From: Roseibacillus sp.
Lineage (GTDB): Bacteria; Verrucomicrobiota; Verrucomicrobiia; Verrucomicrobiales; Akkermansiaceae
Direction of reading: 5' to 3'
Length of the DNA stretch: 64,000 nucleotides
Assembly: GCA_051251855.1 (NCBI GenBank)
Contig: JBPOGI010000005.1
Coordinates: 32,001 to 96,000 of the forward strand
In this document: piece by piece, positions 58,401 through 64,000 of the stretch
Layout: each line of letters begins with the position of its first letter
Numbering within the stretch: the first letter of the stretch is position 1
The notes under the pieces: model-generated
Told to the model about the DNA's origin: nothing
What the model saw: only the letters and a program-made list of their open reading frames with translations
Database searches by the model: none
Program-made: the position numbers and the translations under genes

Positions 58401-60289
58401 ACCGAAAGGGTAAAGTTTTCGCCGTTGCCGCGGATGGAGGTTCCTACCCGGTGGAGGGTGCGTCGGTCGCGGCTGCCAAGGATGCAATTGATGCGGCCAT
58501 TGCGGACTTCCCAGTCGGCGAGACGATTTCCCCAATAGCCGGGACCAGGCCAGACCCGATTGGGAGAGGAGTTCCAGTCATTTGCGAAGGCACCATCAGC
58601 GGCACCAGAGGGGTAGCAGTCGAGGCGGATGTTGTCGACGGATTGAGTGATGCCCATCGCGTTGTTCGCTCCTCGGAATTGAAGGCCAATATTTTGCCCA
58701 GAGAAAGAATCGAGTGTACCCGCTGGAATGATGAAGTGATGGTGTTTCCACTGGCCTAGATTGGTGCCTAGCTGCGGGAAGGTCTGGCTGGCGATGACCT
58801 GTGGAGTTCCTGCGTTATCGACATAGGCTTCAACAATGAGGTCGGCATCGGGAGCGGTGGCGGTGGGCTCAGGAATGGTGGGGTTGGTATCATTGACCGA
58901 AAGGAGAAAGTTTTCCACCCGCCCATAACCAATAGGATTCGAGTCTCCATCCACGGGTTGAAAGGAGACGAAGAGTCGCTTGCCGTTGGCTGAGGCTGGA
59001 ATGGGAGCAAAGTTTGCGGAGAAGCTTTCGTAGGTATTGTTCGAAGTTGAGGTGGGCGTTTGGAAGGTCTGAATCGTGGTTGGACTCCCTGTAATGATAT
59101 CGTTGGCAGTGGTGAAGAGAGAAACCGCGACCCGGTCGGAGGCATCAGCCCAGTTGAAAGCATCGCGCCAAAGGAAGGAAACGGTGAGGACGTCTCCGGT
59201 GATGAGGTTGTAGCCAGTATCGTTTCCGAGAACGGCAGGGTTTCCGTTGTTTTGATAGAGAACTGCGTTGCGCGTGCCGTCGAAGAGAATATTGGTGCGA
59301 GTGGCTTCGGCGGATTGGGCGGTGGTGAGGTTGGTCCAGAAGGGAGTGTCGTCAAAGGTGCGGGAGTCGGCCACAGTGACGTCATCATTGAAGTCTCCGT
59401 TGCGGGTGTAGGGGCCAATCAGGAGCGACGAGAATTGTTGGAGAGAGAAGTTGTCGAGGCGAGCAAAGCCTGTCGAGCCGTTGTCGCCATCCACGCCCTC
59501 GAAGAAGATAAAGAGGCGTTTGCCAGCGGCGGAAGCTGGGATGGCGGGGAACAAGCCTGAGAATTGTTCAAAAGTTGCGGTGACGGTGGGGGTGCCCGAC
59601 ATAAGTGTGGCTAGGTCGGTGCGGACTCCGGTGGGGGTGTTGTTGCTGGTCGTGAAAATGGTAACACGAATCTGGTCGCTCGAATCCCAGCCAGAGGCAT
59701 CACGCCATTGATAGGAAAGTTGAAGAACTTCTCCCTCAGTGAGATCGTAGTTGGTATCGAGGGCGTATTTCTTAACACCGCTATCCGAGACGACCGCATT
59801 GCGGGTGCCATCCAAGAGGACGTTGGAGGGCGTGTTGCGGGTCGCGTCTTGACCTTGAGAGCCGTCGAGATTGAACCAGTCCGGAGTGCTTGCGAAATCT
59901 CGGCTATCAGTGGTGGAGATATCAGAATTGAAGTCTCCATTGAGAAGCGAGCCACCCACGATGAGACCCTCGATTTGGGGTTCAACGTCTGAGCTGAGGA
60001 CGGCGTCTAACCGAATCGAGTAGGCGGCCCCGGTTTGAATTTGATGGCTGGTCAATTGGCGAACCGTTTCCGTTTCTTCGAAGCTCAGTTTCCAGCGGCC
60101 GTTGCCATAGTCATTGTCACCTTCTTGTAATTTACCCGTGCCTTCCCAGCCGAGAAGAGAGGCCTCCGCTACCGATGAACCATTAGTATTGCCATTAATC
60201 TCTGCAGAAGGATTGACGAGCAGAATGGGCTCGGCCTGAGCTAGAGAAAGGCAGAGGCTTCCGCAAAGGAGTGGGAGACGGGAGGGCAT
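55457..60289 (-). CDS. Large secreted PhoD-like metallophosphatase with N-terminal CBM-like repeats and C-terminal DGDG module
   Basis: Metallophosphatase motifs GDQIY, PDDHD, EDRKFK, LLG.RQ, GDQH. Confidence 0.85.
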   Translation of the reverse strand: MPSRLPLLCGSLCLSLAQAEPILLVNPSAEINGNTNGSSVAEASLLGWEGTGKLQEGDNDYGNGRWKLSFEETETVRQLTSHQIQTGAAYSIRLDAVLSSDVEPQIEGLIVGGSLLNGDFNSDISTTDSRDFASTPDWFNLDGSQGQDATRNTPSNVLLDGTRNAVVSDSGVKKYALDTNYDLTEGEVLQLSYQWRDASGWDSSDQIRVTIFTTSNNTPTGVRTDLATLMSGTPTVTATFEQFSGLFPAIPASAAGKRLFIFFEGVDGDNGSTGFARLDNFSLQQFSSLLIGPYTRNGDFNDDVTVADSRTFDDTPFWTNLTTAQSAEATRTNILFDGTRNAVLYQNNGNPAVLGNDTGYNLITGDVLTVSFLWRDAFNWADASDRVAVSLFTTANDIITGSPTTIQTFQTPTSTSNNTYESFSANFAPIPASANGKRLFVSFQPVDGDSNPIGYGRVENFLLSVNDTNPTIPEPTATAPDADLIVEAYVDNAGTPQVIASQTFPQLGTNLGQWKHHHFIIPAGTLDSFSGQNIGLQFRGANNAMGITQSVDNIRLDCYPSGAADGAFANDWNSSPNRVWPGPGYWGNRLADWEVRNGRINCILGSRDRRTLHRVGTSIRGNGENFTLSVRTGLHAGSNSSTARTGFLIGAGPNLDWRASLLVHSGLGRDFGTFLGINNNGAAVIEDLSQGAIVQVASGSNAAGGFPSDAKLELNAVYNATSKNYDLTLEVYNTSNVLLSTASTSVPSDRVLGSFGLLSHRGSSQARYWFDDFSGTGAALQPEPDRHLAIIGALHSLNWGELKMTAHLPPVDLTTTPPITLETWDGSTWNQIATAAIDNTDNLSSYTATFTVNPWDDTVDTPYRVGILVDGATYYWEGTVRRDPLEKNEIVVANTSCQRIADGNVQNNGTDWTPTKIWHPHNLAYAHIAKHEPDVLLALGDQIYEGQPTPEDSGTTFNRQYDYLYKWYLWLLQARDLAKDMPTISIPDDHDIYQGNLWGEGGISTTDQTTGGYEEPASWVRLVERTQASHLPAPDPYNPIQPAPPIAQGISIYFTGMCYGQVGFGVLEDRKFKTGPTNAPSDPEQLVLLGQRQKDFLKSWSTDWVGQCVKCVVSQSPMGNIHTHGSSGYGFFLNDRDSNGWPPQRRLEAWELFRLSRSFQLAGDQHVSTLVHHGIDGPADAGYSFASPAIANFFPRVWDPVHNAGGTTLAVSPYKGDFYLDGNGTLPTGEPNLNSDFPGHLRVVGAANPLEYYNQSTNIHPPNLHDRGAGYGMVRINKTTRQITFESWPLHADPEFPQTGTQFADWPVTINQADNDGRTPTGFLSVIDTLSEKTPVVSVYDENTDELIYSMRFPGNLVRPPVYDNSTSYRVEISYGDDPVSEVRLGQIASVEGPATIHSFNALHPSIISGDSTILQWNTESVATLTIDNGVGEVASHTVNGIGHLLVSPTSNTTYTLTLNGSIQAQATVLVFANKATWLEAHFNATELTNPAISGDGADPDGDGFSNEQEFRFQTDPRAASSFPNLTSCIVVAEETITVDFSSPYPLESEDCVLLVETSSDLQTWSPLQATSYQEIERNSSPLTGTTQITIRFTDSDGLQTRKFYRAFWE

Positions 60290-60516
60290 ACTTAGAAATT
60301 AAAATTCGGGTTTTAAGGATTTGCGGCTAATATTTTAGGGGGATCGAAATTAGCCCTTTTGGGGAGATGTCGCAAAGGCCTATTTTTGTGCAGGAATGCT
60401 CGGGAATACCGGCTGGTTCTAATTCCAGTTCGGAAGTGGGGTATAGAGATTGATTGAGAGACGGTTCGTGCACCGCAGCTCTGCTGACCTAGTGTTCGTA
60501 TGCTGGTATAGCCATT

Positions 60517-61950
60517 CTACTGAATGGGGGCGAGCAGTCTGGCGAGCTTTGCTCCAAGCTTGAAGTAGAGTGGCTTTTCTAAGAACTCATCACGGTTGAC
60601 TTCGCGTGCTTTGTCAAAGTCCTCAGTGAACATGCCAGCCACTTCGTAGACGTGCTCTTGAGCGGTAAGGATCGCGGTGATTTCGAAGTTGAGTCGAAGG
60701 GAGCGGTTATCGAGGTTGCCGGTTCCAACGGCGGCGACCTGGTTGTCGATGAGGAAAGCCTTCTGGTGCATGAAGCCGTCTGAGTAGCGGAAAAGGCGAA
60801 TGCCATAGGGGAAGGTCTGGCGGTAGTAGGTGAAGGAGGAGAGCCATACCAAGAGATGGTCGGGTTTTTCTGGAAGAAGAATGCGCACGTCGACCCCACG
60901 GAGGGAGGCTGCTTGGAGAGCTGTTATGATTCCGTCGTCGGGCACAAAGTAAGGGGAGGCGATCCAGAGCTTCTCGCGCGCAGTATTGGCGGCTTCGGCC
61001 ACGAGAAGTTGGAAAGAGGGGCGCTCGTCGCTCGGGCCGGTGGGAATGATGGCGATGGAGGCGTCTTCTTTTTCATGCCGACAGGTCCAATCCAACGAAG
61101 GAGTGCTGTGGGTGGCCCAATACCAGTCTTCCAAAAAAACAAGTTGCACTGCTTGGACTGAGGGGCCTTGCAGTCGGAGGTGGGTGTCGCGCCAATTGCC
61201 GAACTTTTCGCTTCGGCCAAGATATTCGTCGCCGATGTTGGCTCCTCCAATGAAGGCGTCGTTGCCATCGATAACGACGATCTTGCGGTGATTGCGAAAA
61301 TTGAGCTGGAGACGTGACCACCACCGACGGGTACGTCCAAAGGGCTGACATTCTATGCCGGCGTCCCGAAGGGCCTTGAGGTATTCGTTAGGTAGTTTGT
61401 GTGAGCCAAGCTCGTCGAACAGGAAGTAGACTCGGACACCCGCTTGGGCTCGCTCGATAAGAGCTTCTTTGAATCGAGTTCCAACTTTGTCGCCCTTGAT
61501 GATGTAAAAGTGGATAAGGATGTAGTCTTGAGCCTGAGCGAGTGACTCAAAAATACGTTCGAAGATTTCTTCTCCGTTGATGAGGAGGTCGGCGTCGTTC
61601 CCACGCGTAACGGGCATGCCTCCGAGACGAACCGCGGTCTTGAGAAAGGGGGACGCGGGCTCAAGGCGATGGGGCTTAATGGAGGTCTCGAGCGCATCGA
61701 CTTGGGAATTAAGAAGTTGATCGTCCGAGCGCCGCGCTTGGACATAGCCAGTTAGGGTATTGCGGCCAAAGACCCAGTATAAGGGAATGGCAACCCAAGG
61801 AAAAGCGAGCAGAGAAATAATCCATGCGATAGTGGCGCTGGGTGTGCGCACGCGAAAGAGGGCGTGCAAAACGTGAGCGGCCCCGATGATGTGCAAGGCT
61901 ACGATGCCTAGGAAGATGTATGGTTGCGGAATATCCACGAACGCTACCAT
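60517..61950 (-). CDS. cls: Cardiolipin synthase
   Basis: Two N-terminal TMs and two HKD motifs (RNHRKIVVID, HQKAFLID..GTGNLD.RS). Confidence 0.95.
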   Translation of the reverse strand: MVAFVDIPQPYIFLGIVALHIIGAAHVLHALFRVRTPSATIAWIISLLAFPWVAIPLYWVFGRNTLTGYVQARRSDDQLLNSQVDALETSIKPHRLEPASPFLKTAVRLGGMPVTRGNDADLLINGEEIFERIFESLAQAQDYILIHFYIIKGDKVGTRFKEALIERAQAGVRVYFLFDELGSHKLPNEYLKALRDAGIECQPFGRTRRWWSRLQLNFRNHRKIVVIDGNDAFIGGANIGDEYLGRSEKFGNWRDTHLRLQGPSVQAVQLVFLEDWYWATHSTPSLDWTCRHEKEDASIAIIPTGPSDERPSFQLLVAEAANTAREKLWIASPYFVPDDGIITALQAASLRGVDVRILLPEKPDHLLVWLSSFTYYRQTFPYGIRLFRYSDGFMHQKAFLIDNQVAAVGTGNLDNRSLRLNFEITAILTAQEHVYEVAGMFTEDFDKAREVNRDEFLEKPLYFKLGAKLARLLAPIQ

Positions 61951-62029
61951 CTGTCGAAGCAGGAAAATTACAAGGTTTGTCGATCCGAGAGCATACCGAA
62001 TCCCTTTTTCAGTACTCCTCTGTCAGGCT

Positions 62030-62057
62030 CTAGCCTACTAGCCTACTAGCCTACTAG
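62030..62057. repeat. Intergenic 8-bp tandem repeat (CTAGCCTA)x3.5
   Basis: ctagcctactagcctactagcctactag, upstream of cls. Confidence 0.7.
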
Positions 62058-62189
62058 GTGTTCGTCTGATGGTCGCTCAAAGCCCCAGTGGTATGTGACC
62101 AGATTAAGAAGCATTAGGTCCAATGCTGATCGAGAGATGATTCGTTCGGCGACCATTCCTACGATGGACGCCGTCTTTATTTTCTCTTT

Positions 62190-64000
62190 CTATACTCCGT
62201 CGCCATTCAAATCTTCTGCCTCAACACGAACCCGAACGAAACATCGAGGTGAGCCATTGGTTGACGTTCCAATGATGACTTGGACTTCTTCCCAGAACGG
62301 TGAAATCACGGTGACAAAGTCTGGTTCGATTACGGTGAAGTTGACTGCGTCTTCGCTTACTTCTGTGTGGTAAATCACCTTTGGGTAGGAATCGGTTCGG
62401 CGAATGTAGGTATACATGATGACCTTCTCGCCAGTGATGGGATGGACCTCGCTGCGAAGGACGGGTTGGCCAAAGGGTTCGCCGTTTTCCAAGGTTTGGC
62501 CTCGAACATAGTCAGGAGACTCTGCTTTCGTGGGATTGAGATTGAAGGCGTATTCGATGAAGAAGCTGATGCCGTCGCCATCTCCATCTGAATCGATGAG
62601 TCTCTCTTCTGGTGGAAGCCCGAACGAGTTGCCGTAGTCATCCAATACGGTGTCGTCGTTAATAATCGTGAGAGAGAGAGATGACTTGTTCAGCACAACC
62701 CCGTTGGGATGAGAGAGGGCTAAAGTAAAGGTCTCGTCAGGTTCCGTGATGGCATCATCGAACATGGTAAGATAGATGGTTCGGCTGATATCTCCGGGGG
62801 AGAATTCGAGTGAACCGCTTGTCCATGGAAGGTAGTCCTCCAGAGGGTTAGCCATGTCGAACTCTCCTTTCTCGGTCGAGAATCCAATGCTTTCGCCGCC
62901 TAAAGCCGGAGCCGAAAGCGTGAACGTGACAGGAAGACCGATGAGTCCTTCGTTGCGTGGCTCGGTGGTCACAGTGAGGATGGGGGGCTCGGGTGAACTC
63001 GGGTCATCATCAAGGATGGTCAGGGAAATGGACGTCTGCGCGAGAGTGAGATCTGTTGGATTAGAGATAGCGAAGGTGAAGAATTCGTCATCTTCCGCTT
63101 TCGCATCATCGAGAACGGTGAGGAGAAGAGTTTGACTGGTCTCTCCGGGGGCGAACTCAACGAAACCGCCGTTCCAGTAGAGGAAGTCCTCTCCGGCAAT
63201 CGCTGTTCCATCCTGAAGCTCGAAGTAGAAGTTCTCGCTGCCAGTAGCGGGTCGAGATAGTGACAGATTCACGGTGAGTCCGATAAAGTTCTCATTAATA
63301 GGGTTAGCAGAAACGGTTAGGACCGCTGGCTCGGTGACGACAGGCGCATCATCATCGAGGATGGTGAGAGTGATAGCACTTTGGGAGAGAATGAGGTCCG
63401 TGGAATTGGCCATGGCGAAAGTGAAGGTCTCTTCATCTTCAGCGCTCGAATCATCGAGTAAAGTGACGAGAAGAGTTCGGCTGGTTTCGCCCGCTTCGAA
63501 TTCAACAAAGCCACCGTTCCAATAAACGAAGTCTTCTCCCGCAACTGCGGTTCCATCTTCAAGCTCGAAGTAGAAGTTCTCCGTTCCGGTAGCAGGTTTG
63601 GAGAGCGTCAAGTTGACGGCAAGTCCGTTAGCGCTTTCGCTTGTCGGGTCAGCAGAAACGGTTAGGACCGGTGGCTCAGTGACGACAGGCACATCATCAT
63701 CAAGGATGGTGAGAGTGATGGCACTTTGGGAGAGAATGAGGTCCGTGGAATTGGCCATGGCGAAAGTGAAGGTTTCTTCATCTTCAGCGCTCGAATCATC
63801 GAGTAAAGTGACGAGAAGAGTTCGGCTGGTTTCGCCCGCTTCGAATTCAACAAAGCCACCGTTCCAATAAACGAAGTCTTCTCCCGCAACTGCGGTTCCA
63901 TCTTCAAGCTCGAAGTAGAAGTTCTCCGTTCCGGTAGCAGGTTTGGAGAGCGTCAAGTTGACGGCAAGTCCGTTAGCGCTTTCGCTTGTCGGGTCAGCAG
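62190..64000 (-). CDS. Calx-beta repeat surface protein, 3' part (5' end outside window), with C-terminal DGDG module
   Basis: Frame is open to the window edge. At least four Calx-beta repeats (DGTA.AGEDF....G..EF..GET.......LDD...E..ETF). Confidence 0.88.
   Translation of the reverse strand, partial: ADPTSESANGLAVNLTLSKPATGTENFYFELEDGTAVAGEDFVYWNGGFVEFEAGETSRTLLVTLLDDSSAEDEETFTFAMANSTDLILSQSAITLTILDDDVPVVTEPPVLTVSADPTSESANGLAVNLTLSKPATGTENFYFELEDGTAVAGEDFVYWNGGFVEFEAGETSRTLLVTLLDDSSAEDEETFTFAMANSTDLILSQSAITLTILDDDAPVVTEPAVLTVSANPINENFIGLTVNLSLSRPATGSENFYFELQDGTAIAGEDFLYWNGGFVEFAPGETSQTLLLTVLDDAKAEDDEFFTFAISNPTDLTLAQTSISLTILDDDPSSPEPPILTVTTEPRNEGLIGLPVTFTLSAPALGGESIGFSTEKGEFDMANPLEDYLPWTSGSLEFSPGDISRTIYLTMFDDAITEPDETFTLALSHPNGVVLNKSSLSLTIINDDTVLDDYGNSFGLPPEERLIDSDGDGDGISFFIEYAFNLNPTKAESPDYVRGQTLENGEPFGQPVLRSEVHPITGEKVIMYTYIRRTDSYPKVIYHTEVSEDAVNFTVIEPDFVTVISPFWEEVQVIIGTSTNGSPRCFVRVRVEAEDLNGDGV
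63311..64000. repeat. Near-identical 345-bp tandem duplication (115-aa Calx-beta unit)
   Basis: 63311-63655 vs 63656-64000 differ at about 6 positions by manual comparison. Confidence 0.92.

Noticed and set aside
1..64000. CRISPR array, prophage, transposase or known anti-phage defence operon
   Set aside because: No regularly spaced repeat-spacer array and no cas, phage structural, integrase or transposase motifs. TatD, EEP and the AAA ATPases sit in ordinary contexts.

Overview
Chromosomal window from a Verrucomicrobiota bacterium, probably marine Verrucomicrobiales. This rests on a PEP-CTERM protein, a Verru_Chthon-A-like pseudopilin, CotH/lamin-tail and autotransporter-repeat proteins, a GH16 and acuI. 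The left half is mostly housekeeping: hflX, a ctaB-SCO-DUF420-hisD run, tsaB, tRNA-Val(TAC), manC, rfbA, selU-tatD, two L,D-transpeptidases and a LysM protein. The middle holds a MoxR-DUF58-vWA-vWA-AAA operon. The right end is a cluster of very large secreted modular proteins. Four results go beyond the ORF track. (1) A hidden 70-aa SelW/Rdx-family selenoprotein gene (2815-3027, minus) has a C-S-K-UGA motif and a SECIS-like hairpin, and selU lies in the same window. (2) Five large exported proteins with different cargo domains end in the same ~120-160 aa module (DxDGDG..E[YF]...[ND]P...[FY][YAV]R-type terminus), a candidate lineage-specific sorting or anchoring signal. (3) A ~290-bp MITE/ERIC-like palindromic element sits next to a GNAT gene with a degenerate attC-like site. 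(4) There are near-identical 345-bp Calx-beta tandem repeats and two small unannotated lipoproteins. All calls come from reading motifs by eye; no database searches were run.
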